Positions 1-8,690 of a stretch of DNA of 64,000 bases are shown here, in pieces. The notes beneath the pieces are model-generated. The model saw only the letters and a program-made list of their open reading frames with translations, had not been told where the DNA came from and ran no database searches. This stretch comes from an uncultured Woeseiaceae bacterium. GTDB taxonomy: Bacteria; Pseudomonadota; Gammaproteobacteria; Steroidobacterales; Woeseiaceae. The translations under genes were made by a program, and so were the position numbers. Position 1 is the stretch's first letter, and each line of letters starts with the position of its first letter. Where the stretch lies: NCBI GenBank assembly GCA_964605635.1, contig CAZSDL010000001.1:3944-67943 (forward strand), written 5' to 3'.

Positions 1-359
1 GACTGGCAACTCTGGAGGGTGTTTCGGCTGCGGGCTTTTACGCCGCATTGACAAACAAGACACGTCAACTGGCGGATGGATTGCAGTCGCTGGCCGCGGA
101 AGCGGGTGTACCGCTGGTCACGCAAAGCTGCGGCGGAATGTTCGGTTTTGTTTTTTCGGCAGACGACCCCGTACGTCGCTTTTCACAAGTTGCAGCCGCA
201 GACATCGGCCGGTTCCGTAAGTTCTTCCACGGCATGCTGGGTGAAGATATTTACCTGGCTCCATCCGCTTTCGAAGCCGGATTCGTTTCATCCGCCCACG
301 GTGAGGCAGAACTGTCCCGCACCCTGGAGGCCGCGCGGAAGGTACTGGCAACCCTCTGA
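1..359 (+). CDS. hemL: glutamate-1-semialdehyde 2,1-aminomutase, C-terminal fragment (5' end outside window)
   Basis: Frame is open from the window edge to the stop at 357-359. The tail ...CGGMFGFVFSADDPV...YLAPSAFEAGFVSSAHGEAELSRTLEAARKVL matches the conserved GSA-aminomutase C-terminus. Confidence 0.85.
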   Translation, partial: LATLEGVSAAGFYAALTNKTRQLADGLQSLAAEAGVPLVTQSCGGMFGFVFSADDPVRRFSQVAAADIGRFRKFFHGMLGEDIYLAPSAFEAGFVSSAHGEAELSRTLEAARKVLATL

Positions 360-376
360 AGGCGAGTCACCCGGCG

Positions 377-970
377 TCAGTCAATATCGACGCCCCGCAC
401 GGAATTCAGTACTTTTCGAATGAGCTGCAGGCGTTCGAACGGGTCCTCGATCTCAAGGCATTTCTGCTTTTCCTCGGGACTGATCGGCAGGATCTCGGCA
501 AACCGGTAACCGACCCACACTGCATCGTCGTAACGGCGTTCGAGCGACTCGTACAGGCGACCAAGATCATCGAGTACACCGGCGAGAATCGTTGCGAGCG
601 GCCTGTATTCGTCCGGCAGCGGCTGAAATGGTTGCTCCGGCAATACTTCAATGTCGCCAACGTTCAGTCCGTCGGGACGGCGCTCGCTCGAAATAAGGCG
701 AAAACGTTGCTCGCCAACTGCAGTAACGCCGAGCAAACCGTCGCTACCCTGGTACCAGTCCGCGATGCGCGCCAGCGTGCCGAGGTCGCAGGTTGTCGCC
801 TGCCCGCTTTCTTCGCCGCTCTTTATCAGTAGCACACCGAATGGCCGGTCGGCCTTCAGGCATTCGCTGATCATATCGAGATAGCGCGCCTCGAATATAC
901 GCAATGGCAAGGGCCCGCCGGGATACAGGACGGTACGCAACGGAAACAACGGCGTTTTCTCGCTGCTCAT
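377..970 (-). CDS. LON N-terminal (substrate-binding) domain protein
   Basis: 197 aa. The N-terminus LFPLRTVLYPGGPLPLRIFEARYLDMI is the typical start of stand-alone Lon-N/PUA-like domain proteins. Confidence 0.8.
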   Translation of the reverse strand: MSSEKTPLFPLRTVLYPGGPLPLRIFEARYLDMISECLKADRPFGVLLIKSGEESGQATTCDLGTLARIADWYQGSDGLLGVTAVGEQRFRLISSERRPDGLNVGDIEVLPEQPFQPLPDEYRPLATILAGVLDDLGRLYESLERRYDDAVWVGYRFAEILPISPEEKQKCLEIEDPFERLQLIRKVLNSVRGVDID

Positions 971-2346
971 GACCTTGGCGGGGCTTGCGACTCGCGCAAC
1001 GCTGCAGTCAATTGCTGTCGCGCACCACCGAATGCCCCGTTGCTCATGAACACGAGAAGATCACCGGCACGCACTGTCTTTGCCAATGCCGAAACGAGAT
1101 CGGTGTATCCAGTAAAGAAGTGCACCTTGTCACCGAGCGATTGCAGGACTTCTTCAAAGTCCGGACCCAACTCCGGCGGCCGATATACGAACACCCCATG
1201 CGCATCCTGAAGTGAATCGGCAAGTGACTTGTTATGAACTCCGAGCTTCATGGTATTGGAACGTGGCTCGAGCGCAACGATCAGGTGCTGGCTTGGAAAG
1301 CGCTTGCGTAAACCCTCGAGTGAGCGACGGATTGCTGTCGGATGGTGCGCAAAATCGTCATAGATGGCGACGTCGCCGACTGTCGCGGTGCGCTCCATGC
1401 GTCGTTTCACACCATCGAAGGTGGTCAACCCGTCGAGTGCCTGCGGCAGCGATACGCCGGCACGGCACGACGCGGCTACAGCAGCCAGCGCATTCTCCAG
1501 GTTATGCCGGCCTCCCAGTTTCCAGTTGCATTCATGACTTTCCCCGTCCGGGCCCTTGATCACGAAATGCTTCTCGGCAGAATCCAGGAACGCCGCAGTC
1601 CAGTCGGCAGCTCCGTCGAGCCTGAAAGTCTCAATCGGCGTCCAGCACCCGCCGGCTATCAGCTTCTGAAGATTCGCGTCTGCGCCATTGACAATCAGGC
1701 AGCCGGTGCCGGGAACCGTGCGCAATAGCTGATGGAACTGCCAGATGATGGCCTCCAGATCCCGATAGATGTCTGCATGATCGAACTCGAGATTGCCCAT
1801 AATCAGCGTCTGCGGCCGATAGTGCACAAACTTTGCTCGCTTGTCGAAAAACGCCGTGTCGTACTCGTCAGCCTCGACAACAAAGTATTTCGAGCTGCCG
1901 AGCCGTGCCGACGACTCAAAGTTCGCCGGTACCCCTCCAATCAGGAAGCCGCAATCATTGCCGGCGTGCTCGAGTATCCAGGCCAGCATACTTGCCGTTG
2001 TGGTTTTGCCATGCGTACCGGAAACGGCGATGACATGTCTTTCAGCCAGCACATTCTCGGCCAGCCACTGCGGGCCCGAGATATACGGCAAGCCTTGATC
2101 GAGTACGGCTTCGACGGCGGGATTGCCACGGCTCATCGCATTACCGATGACAACGACGTCGGGTGACGGTATCAGCTGCTCGATAGCGAAGCCTTCGTGG
2201 ATCTCAATGCCAAGCGCTTTGAGCTGCGTACTCATCGGTGGATAGACGTTGCGGTCGCTGCCTGTGACACGATGGCCGAGCGCTGTAGCAAGCCCGGCAA
2301 TGCCGCCCATGAACGTCCCGCATATACCCAGAATGTGCAAATGCAT
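967..2346 (-). CDS. mpl: UDP-N-acetylmuramate:L-alanyl-gamma-D-glutamyl-meso-DAP ligase (murein peptide ligase)
   Basis: The conserved N-terminus MHLHILGICGTFMGGIAGLA starts at ATG 2346, and the GTHGKTTT Mur-ligase ATP motif is present. The 607-aa track ORF (to 2790) is an over-extension into the next gene. Confidence 0.9.
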   Translation of the reverse strand: MHLHILGICGTFMGGIAGLATALGHRVTGSDRNVYPPMSTQLKALGIEIHEGFAIEQLIPSPDVVVIGNAMSRGNPAVEAVLDQGLPYISGPQWLAENVLAERHVIAVSGTHGKTTTASMLAWILEHAGNDCGFLIGGVPANFESSARLGSSKYFVVEADEYDTAFFDKRAKFVHYRPQTLIMGNLEFDHADIYRDLEAIIWQFHQLLRTVPGTGCLIVNGADANLQKLIAGGCWTPIETFRLDGAADWTAAFLDSAEKHFVIKGPDGESHECNWKLGGRHNLENALAAVAASCRAGVSLPQALDGLTTFDGVKRRMERTATVGDVAIYDDFAHHPTAIRRSLEGLRKRFPSQHLIVALEPRSNTMKLGVHNKSLADSLQDAHGVFVYRPPELGPDFEEVLQSLGDKVHFFTGYTDLVSALAKTVRAGDLLVFMSNGAFGGARQQLTAALRESQAPPRS

Positions 2347-2930
2347 TATTCGGCGTCCGTAACAGGCACCGCGAGCAGCGACTGGAATACGAATTGCAGA
2401 ATGGTTGCGATTACCGCAATCGCAATTCCCACGTACCAGTGCTGACCGATGGATCGTGCCAGGATGTGCCCTTCTACCGGCACGGACCAGAAGCTGATCA
2501 ATACCGCTGCGACACCGGCGAATCCCTGGCCGACAAATGGCCGAAAAAGTACGAACACTGCAATCGACAGAAAGGTCAGGATCGCACCGCAACCAATAAT
2601 GCAGGTAAGTGCCTGCAGGATGCGCCCACTGAATCCGGTTACAAAGAGCACTCCTGCGTAAAATGCGATCGCCAGCATGCTGGTCAACAACGCCAGGCTG
2701 AGATTTCTTTCCTCCAGGCCAGCGATCAAAACCATCCCGCTGGCGGCTGCGGCGACCAGCATTACGATCGACAACAACAGCAACAGCCACGACTCAGGTA
2801 CGTGTGCAGGACCTTTGCGCAGCGCAATAATTTCAAGAAATGTGCGAAGTAGGAGGAACAGTGTTCTGTCACAATGGCAGCAACTGACCATACAATCATC
2901 GCATGATCGCCGTCGCAACCGAAGCTTCAT
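2346..2930 (-). CDS. multi-pass inner-membrane protein of unknown function
   Basis: About 5 hydrophobic helices (LLLLLSIVMLVAAAASGMVLIAGL, LLTSMLAIAFYAGVLFVTGF, etc.). Its stop overlaps the mpl start. The true start is uncertain (ATG 2930 or 2891). Confidence 0.5.
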   Translation of the reverse strand: MKLRLRRRSCDDCMVSCCHCDRTLFLLLRTFLEIIALRKGPAHVPESWLLLLLSIVMLVAAAASGMVLIAGLEERNLSLALLTSMLAIAFYAGVLFVTGFSGRILQALTCIIGCGAILTFLSIAVFVLFRPFVGQGFAGVAAVLISFWSVPVEGHILARSIGQHWYVGIAIAVIATILQFVFQSLLAVPVTDAE

Positions 2931-2973
2931 TCGAACGCCCGGACTGGCGGGGCACTATCAGGAAAAAATCTAC

Positions 2974-4059
2974 GTGAAGCCCACCGAATACCTGGATAGC
3001 AAGTCGCTGGACAGTCTCTGCGACAAGCTGGTCGACGGCGAGCGCATAGCACTCGACACAGAGTTCATGCGTGAGAAGACCTATTTTCCACAACTATGCC
3101 TTGTGCAGATAGCAACCGAGAACCATATCTGGTGCGCCGATCCGCTGGGGGCGGGCAATTTCGATCGAGTCTGGCAGGCGTTGATGGAACGACCCTGGGT
3201 AGTGCACTCCGGCCGCCAGGACATTGAAGTGATTTTTCAGGCGGCCGGGCGAATGCCCGGCGAACTGTTCGATACCCAGGTCGCAGCCGGCTTGCTCGGC
3301 TACGCGCCGCAACTCGGCTACGCCGCGCTGGTGGCCGAGTTGTTCGGCGTCGAGCTGGCCAAATCGCATACCCGCGCTGACTGGACGAGACGCCCATTGG
3401 CGCCCGAACTGATCGAGTACGCGGCCGAGGACGTCGAATACCTGCTGCCGGCAGCGGAGTTGCTTGCCGCGAGGCTGGAAGAATCGGGGCGCCTCGCATG
3501 GGCAATCGAAGATTCGCAGGACTTGCTTCAGGCGTCACTCTATACGCCTGACCCTGGTGCTGCCGTGCATCGCCTGAAGGGCGCTCGCTACTTGTCCGGC
3601 CGTGCCCGTGCCGCGGCGCGCAATCTTGCAATCTGGCGGGAAGGCGAAGCCGTACGTCGAGATCGGCCGCGGCAATGGATTCTGAGTGACGCGGTTCTAT
3701 TGGAACTTGCGTCGTCGCCCCCGGACAACGAGGAATCGCTCGCTGGCGTTCGTGGGCTACAACCTGGCATCGTGCGTCGCGCGGGTCCGGAACTGCTCGC
3801 CGTGCTGGCCGATAGCAGCATCGGCGCTGAAGACACAGAACCGCATTCCCGCCCGGATGAGAGACAACGCGCACTGCTTGCAGAAATGCAGGCTGGTGTC
3901 GCTGCATGCGCAGGCAAACTGAGCCTGCTGCCCGAGGTCATCGCATCGAAAAAGGAGCTGAGCGCTGCGCTCGCCGGAGAGCGAAATCTGCGCGTGTTCA
4001 GGGGCTGGCGGCGAGAGCTGATCGGCGATGCGTTGCTCGAAATGCTGGCAGCCGGGTGA
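2974..4059 (+). CDS. rnd: ribonuclease D
   Basis: DEDDy exonuclease motifs are present (IALDTEFMRE, HSGRQDIEV, EYAAEDVEYL) with an HRDC-like tail. The track ORF start at 2677 would overlap the divergent gene. The in-frame GTG at 2974 gives a typical length of 361 aa. Confidence 0.85.
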   Translation: MKPTEYLDSKSLDSLCDKLVDGERIALDTEFMREKTYFPQLCLVQIATENHIWCADPLGAGNFDRVWQALMERPWVVHSGRQDIEVIFQAAGRMPGELFDTQVAAGLLGYAPQLGYAALVAELFGVELAKSHTRADWTRRPLAPELIEYAAEDVEYLLPAAELLAARLEESGRLAWAIEDSQDLLQASLYTPDPGAAVHRLKGARYLSGRARAAARNLAIWREGEAVRRDRPRQWILSDAVLLELASSPPDNEESLAGVRGLQPGIVRRAGPELLAVLADSSIGAEDTEPHSRPDERQRALLAEMQAGVAACAGKLSLLPEVIASKKELSAALAGERNLRVFRGWRRELIGDALLEMLAAG

Positions 4060-4066
4060 AATTACC

Positions 4067-4148
4067 GTAGGAGCGCGCCCTGCGCGCGAATGCGGTGACG
4101 ATCAACCTATTGCCGCGTTGTTTATTCGCGCGCGGGGCGCGCTCCTAC
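4067..4148. repeat. REP-like inverted-repeat element (copy 1)
   Basis: GTAGGAGCGCGCCCTGCGCGCGAATGCG (4067-4094) faces its reverse complement ATTCGCGCGCGGGGCGCGCTCCTAC (4124-4148), between convergent rnd and adk. The same arms recur at 37451-37533. Confidence 0.8.
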
Positions 4149-4152
4149 AGCG

Positions 4153-4794
4153 CTAGTCCAGGACTTTCAACAGCCGGTCGTAGACTTCGTCCATGGTTGC
4201 ATCGGCATTGATCGTCTTTAGAACGCCCTTCGCTCGATAGTAGTCCACGACCGGCTCGGTCTGCTGGCGATAAACTTCGAGACGCTTGCCAATCGTTTCT
4301 TCGTTATCGTCTTCACGCTGCACGAGTTCACCGCCCTTTGCGGCGCATTCATCGAGCGCTTCGCGGGACGAAAAGTAAATATTCAGCAGTTTGCCGGTCG
4401 CTGAACAAGTACGCCGACCTGTCAAACGCTTCATGAGAACCGCGGAATCAATATCGAGCAGAACAGCTGCGTCGAGAGGCTGATCAGCCTGCTCGAGCAG
4501 TTCTTCCAGGTCAGCCGCCTGTTTGCGGGTGCGCGGGAAACCGTCCAGGATGAAGCCGTCGTCGGCATCTTCTTCTGTCAGGCGTTCACTGATTATTCCC
4601 AGCATGACGTCGTCCGGTACCAGTCCGCCCTCCTCCATGATTGCCTTGGCCTGCCTGCCGAAGCGCGTGTCCGCCACCACTGCCGCACGCAACATGTCGC
4701 CGGTGGAAATTTGCGGAATATTTTGCTGCTCCATGAGGCGGCGCGCCTGTGTACCCTTGCCCGAACCCGGAGCTCCCAATAACACTATACGCAT
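4153..4794 (-). CDS. adk: adenylate kinase
   Basis: The canonical N-terminus MRIVLLGAPGSGKGTQ starts at ATG 4794, giving 213 aa. The 275-aa track ORF is over-extended into the upstream repeat array. Confidence 0.95.
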   Translation of the reverse strand: MRIVLLGAPGSGKGTQARRLMEQQNIPQISTGDMLRAAVVADTRFGRQAKAIMEEGGLVPDDVMLGIISERLTEEDADDGFILDGFPRTRKQAADLEELLEQADQPLDAAVLLDIDSAVLMKRLTGRRTCSATGKLLNIYFSSREALDECAAKGGELVQREDDNEETIGKRLEVYRQQTEPVVDYYRAKGVLKTINADATMDEVYDRLLKVLD

Positions 4795-4831
4795 GCGTTT
4801 GTCTCTGATTCGTTGCCACCGCAACCGGCAC

Positions 4832-4955
4832 GGAGGGACCCTGTCCAGAAGAATCGGGTCCGTCCGGACCGGGTCCCGGCGGACCGGGTCCCGGCGGATC
4901 GGGTCCCGCCGGACCGGGTCCCGCCAGACGGGGCCCCTCCAGACCGGGACCGAAA
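4832..4955. repeat. 15-bp tandem repeat array (about 7-8 units, each containing the palindrome GGACCGGGTCC)
   Basis: Units: GGACCGGGTCCCGGC at 4866-4880 and 4881-4895, GGATCGGGTCCCGCC at 4896-4910, GGACCGGGTCCCGCC at 4911-4925, with degenerate units on both sides. The array lies between the adk start (4794) and the pfp start (5100). Confidence 0.85.
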
Positions 4956-5099
4956 ATACTTCGGCCCCAGCGGGCCGCATACGCTACCGGCAATCCCCGG
5001 GCAGGTCAAACCCGGGAAAATCGATGCTGCGATGAAGGTGCCTGCTGATTCCGTTATGCTTGCACGCATTGTCAGCCAATTAACAAGGTGTGCAGTTCC

Positions 5100-6362
5100 A
5101 TGACCAGATTGAATGCTTTTTACGCGCAGTCCGGAGGTGTTACCGCGGTCATCAATGCCAGCGCTTGCGCAGTGATCGAGACGGCGCGCAAGCATAAAAA
5201 GGCTATCGGCAAGGTCTATGCCGGACGCAACGGCATCCTGGGAGCCCTTACCGAGGATCTGATCGACACCAGCAAGGAATCCGCTCGCGACATCGCCGCG
5301 TTGCGACACACACCCGGCGGGGCTTTTGGTTCAGCACGTTACAAACTCAAGGGAATCGAGGAAAACCGGGCCCAGTACGAGCGCCTGATCGAGGTATTCA
5401 AAGCGCATGATATCGGCTATTTTTTCTATAATGGCGGCAACGATTCGATGGACACCGCGCACAAGGTTTCGTTGATCAGTGAACGTCTCGGTTACCCGGT
5501 CGCTTGCCTTGGTATACCGAAAACCGTCGACAACGATTTGCCAATCACCGACAACTGTCCCGGTTTCGGCTCCGTTGCAAAATACGTCGCAGTGTCAACG
5601 CGCGAAGCCGCATTGGATGTACTGTCGATGTCAGAAACATCAACCAAAGTGTTTATTCTGGAAGTGATGGGCCGTCATGCCGGCTGGATCGCTGCCGCAG
5701 CCGGTCTTGCCGGCGACTCCCGGGGCGATGCGCCGCATATCATCCTGTTCCCGGAAATACCGTTCGACAAGGCGGCGTTTCTGCAGCGGGTCAAGGAGTG
5801 TGTTGCACGCTACACATACTGCGTCGTCGTGGTCAGTGAAGGTGCCAGTGACAAGGACGGCAAATTTCTCGCGGAGGCTGGCACGAAAGACGCATTTGGT
5901 CATGCCCAGCTCGGTGGCGTGGCTCCCGTTATCGCCGGCATGGTCCGTCAGGAACTGGGATTCAAGTACCACTACGCCATTGCCGACTACCTGCAACGCT
6001 CTGCTCGCCACATCGCGTCTGCGGTGGATGTAAAGCAAGCCTACGCAGTCGGACGCGCAGCGGTACTGATGGCCCTGGCCGGCAAGACTGCCGTGATGCC
6101 GATAATCAAACGTATCTCCGACAAACCGTATCGTTGGCGGATTGACGAGGCACCGCTCGAGCGGGTCGCCAACAAGGAGAAAAAGCTGCCACGCAAGTAC
6201 ATTACGGCCGACGGCTTTGGCATTACTACAGCCGCCCGCCGGTACCTGTCCCCGCTAATTCGCGGGGAAGATTACCCTCCATATATCAATGGCTTACCGA
6301 ATTACGTGCAATTGAAAAACGTGTCCGTACCGAAGCGGCTCGGCACTGCGTTTGTGGTATGA
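5100..6362 (+). CDS. pfp: 6-phosphofructokinase, probably pyrophosphate-dependent
   Basis: PFK fold (YAQSGGVTAVINAS, MGRHAGW). GGNDS aligns with E. coli GGDGS, and IPKTVDND aligns with LPGTIDND. These give Asp at the G104 position and Lys at the G124 position, which are the PPi-type signatures. ATG 5100 sits 9 nt after AAGGTG. Confidence 0.85.
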   Translation: MTRLNAFYAQSGGVTAVINASACAVIETARKHKKAIGKVYAGRNGILGALTEDLIDTSKESARDIAALRHTPGGAFGSARYKLKGIEENRAQYERLIEVFKAHDIGYFFYNGGNDSMDTAHKVSLISERLGYPVACLGIPKTVDNDLPITDNCPGFGSVAKYVAVSTREAALDVLSMSETSTKVFILEVMGRHAGWIAAAAGLAGDSRGDAPHIILFPEIPFDKAAFLQRVKECVARYTYCVVVVSEGASDKDGKFLAEAGTKDAFGHAQLGGVAPVIAGMVRQELGFKYHYAIADYLQRSARHIASAVDVKQAYAVGRAAVLMALAGKTAVMPIIKRISDKPYRWRIDEAPLERVANKEKKLPRKYITADGFGITTAARRYLSPLIRGEDYPPYINGLPNYVQLKNVSVPKRLGTAFVV

Positions 6363-6515
6363 TTCGCGCGCTGCCGCGGCTAGCAGCCTGTCGGACCCTG
6401 GGGCACCGGCAGATCGCACAGTAAACAACAACATACTCGGTACGGCACAAAAAGCGCCTTTCTCACAGTCCCGCACCGTCAAGCGATGGATCGGTTACCG
6501 GGAATATTTCTGCAG

Positions 6516-6547
6516 CCCAGAACGCACACGCGTTCGGGCGTTTTTTT
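6516..6547 (+). terminator. intrinsic terminator/attenuator between pfp and hppA
   Basis: CCC-A-GAACGC ACAC GCGTTC-GGG hairpin (6516-6538), followed by CG and T7 (6541-6547). It ends 18 nt before the hppA ATG. Confidence 0.55.
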
Positions 6548-6564
6548 GATCGGGAGACAAACTG

Positions 6565-8604
6565 ATGACAAGTGAGTTTGCACTGTGGCTGGCCATCGGC
6601 GCAGGCGTTCTGGCAATTTTGTACGGCGCGCTTTCCGCGCGGTGGATCCTGAAGCAGCCAGCCGGCAACGAGCGCATGCAGGTTATCGCACAAGCCATTC
6701 AGGAAGGCGCAGGCGCGTACATGAATCGCCAGTATCTGACCATCGGTGTCGTGGGCCTGGTGCTGTTCGTCGCGCTGGTATTAGCGCTCGGCTGGGCGAC
6801 AGGCATAGGGTTTGCCATAGGCGCAGTGTTCTCGGGTCTGGCCGGCTACATCGGCATGTTTGTTTCAGTAAGGGCCAATGTACGGACCGCGGAGGCGGCA
6901 CGGCACGGCGTCAACGCAGCACTGAACATCGCGTTCCGTGGCGGCGCAATTACCGGACTGCTGGTTGTGGGCCTTGGTCTGCTCGGTGTTGCCGGCTATT
7001 ACGCAGTGCTTGGCAGCACGGGCGTCTCAATGGCTGACTCAATACACGCGCTGGTCGGCCTTGCCTTCGGCGGCTCGCTGATCTCCATTTTCGCGCGGTT
7101 GGGCGGCGGCATCTTCACCAAGGGCGCCGACGTCGGCGCGGACCTGGTGGGCAAGGTCGAAGCCGGAATTCCGGAGGACGACCCGCGCAATCCCGGTGTC
7201 ATCGCCGACAACGTCGGGGACAACGTCGGCGACTGCGCCGGCATGGCGGCGGATCTCTTTGAAACCTACGCCGTCACGATTATCGCGACGATGCTCCTTG
7301 GCAGTTTGCTTGTGGGTACATTTGGCATAGCAGCCGTTACCTACCCGCTTGTATTGGGTGCTGTTTCTATCGTTGCTTCCATCATCGGCACTTTCTTCGT
7401 CCGCACGTCGGACGGAGGCAAAATCATGAACGCTCTTTACAAGGGCCTCATCGTGTCGGGCGGACTCGCCGCTGTGGCTTTCTGGTTTGTCACGGATGCG
7501 ATGATGGCCGATTCCGGCAATGTCGGCGGCATTTTCGGATCTGCCCTGATCGGCCTGGCACTGACCGCAGCCATGGTGGTCATCACGGAGTACTACACCG
7601 GCACCGATTACAAACCGGTAAAGACCATCGCCAATGCGTCATTAACCGGGGATGCAACGAACATCATTGCCGGGCTTGGCATCTCCATGAAAGCGACAGC
7701 TTTGCCGGTGCTGGCCGTATGCCTGAGCATCTGGGGAGCTTTCGAGCTGGCGCCGGAGGGTAACTCGCTGGCCGGCCTTTACAACATCGCCATCGCCGCC
7801 ACTGCCATGCTGTCGATGACCGGAGTCATCGTTGCACTCGATGCCTTCGGACCGATCACGGACAATGCCGGCGGCATCGCCGAGATGTCCGACCTGCCAT
7901 CTGATGTTCGTAACATTACGGACCAGCTCGATGCTGTGGGCAACACCACCAAGGCCGTTACCAAGGGCTATGCGATCGGTTCAGCCGGTCTCGCCGCACT
8001 GGTTTTATTTGCCGATTACACGCACGCGCTCGAATCCGCCGGCATCCTTGTCGACTTTGACCTTTCTGATCACCTGGTCATCATCGGGCTGTTCATCGGC
8101 GGTCTCGTGCCCTACCTGTTCGCTTCCATGGCTATGGAAGCCGTCGGTCGGGCCGCCGGTGCCGTCGTCAACGAAGTACGACGGCAGTTCCGCGAAATCC
8201 CCGGCATCATGGAAGGAACCGGCAAACCCGATTACAGCCGTGCCGTGGACCTGCTCACCAAAGCCGCCATCAAGGAGATGATAGTCCCGTCCTTGCTGCC
8301 GATCCTGGTGCCGCTTGCGGTCGGTCTGCTGCTCGGACCCAAGGCGCTGGGTGGCGTACTGCTTGGCACCATCATCACCGGGCTGTTTGTCGCAATTTCG
8401 ATGACCGCCGGTGGCGGCGCCTGGGATAACGCCAAGAAGTACATCGAGGATGGCAACTGCGGCGGCAAAGGCTCCGACGCACACAAGGCCGCCGTGACCG
8501 GCGACACCGTCGGCGACCCTTACAAGGATACCGCCGGACCGGCCATCAACCCGCTGATCAAGATCATCAACATCGTCGCGCTATTGATGGTGCCGTTGCT
8601 CTGA
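6565..8604 (+). CDS. hppA: K+-independent H+-translocating membrane pyrophosphatase
   Basis: 679 aa and highly hydrophobic. Motifs [21 protein letters not shown] and [21 protein letters not shown] are present. [10 protein letters not shown] carries Lys rather than Ala, which marks the K+-independent subfamily. Confidence 0.95.
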   Translation: MTSEFALWLAIGAGVLAILYGALSARWILKQPAGNERMQVIAQAIQEGAGAYMNRQYLTIGVVGLVLFVALVLALGWATGIGFAIGAVFSGLAGYIGMFVSVRANVRTAEAARHGVNAALNIAFRGGAITGLLVVGLGLLGVAGYYAVLGSTGVSMADSIHALVGLAFGGSLISIFARLGGGIFTKGADVGADLVGKVEAGIPEDDPRNPGVIADNVGDNVGDCAGMAADLFETYAVTIIATMLLGSLLVGTFGIAAVTYPLVLGAVSIVASIIGTFFVRTSDGGKIMNALYKGLIVSGGLAAVAFWFVTDAMMADSGNVGGIFGSALIGLALTAAMVVITEYYTGTDYKPVKTIANASLTGDATNIIAGLGISMKATALPVLAVCLSIWGAFELAPEGNSLAGLYNIAIAATAMLSMTGVIVALDAFGPITDNAGGIAEMSDLPSDVRNITDQLDAVGNTTKAVTKGYAIGSAGLAALVLFADYTHALESAGILVDFDLSDHLVIIGLFIGGLVPYLFASMAMEAVGRAAGAVVNEVRRQFREIPGIMEGTGKPDYSRAVDLLTKAAIKEMIVPSLLPILVPLAVGLLLGPKALGGVLLGTIITGLFVAISMTAGGGAWDNAKKYIEDGNCGGKGSDAHKAAVTGDTVGDPYKDTAGPAINPLIKIINIVALLMVPLL

Positions 8605-8640
8605 TTCATTCGCCAACCCGTAAACCAGGCAGGCTGCACG

Positions 8641-8676
8641 CCGCCTTGCACTTGACACGGTGCAAGGCGGTTTTTT
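8641..8676 (+). terminator. intrinsic terminator after hppA
   Basis: 11-bp stem CCGCCTTGCAC/GTGCAAGGCGG (8641-8651 / 8660-8670), 8-nt loop, then T6 (8671-8676). Confidence 0.7.
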
Positions 8677-8690
8677 CCTGGCTTGAGTGA

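Noticed and set aside
2347-2790. N-terminal 148-aa extension of the 607-aa ORF containing mpl
   Set aside because: The conserved Mpl N-terminus starts at ATG 2346. The extension is Arg/Cys-rich, and it overlaps in another frame the hydrophobic membrane-protein ORF that has a sensible coding pattern.
4586-5103. Repeat-peptide ORFs (RDPVRRDPIRRDPVRRDPV, GPGPAGPDPPGPGPPGPG, DRVPADRVPADRVPPD) and the 275-aa extended adk ORF
   Set aside because: These are artefacts of the 15-bp tandem array, whose period is divisible by 3 and therefore keeps several frames open on both strands. Adk has its canonical MRIVLLGAPGSGKGTQ start downstream of the array.
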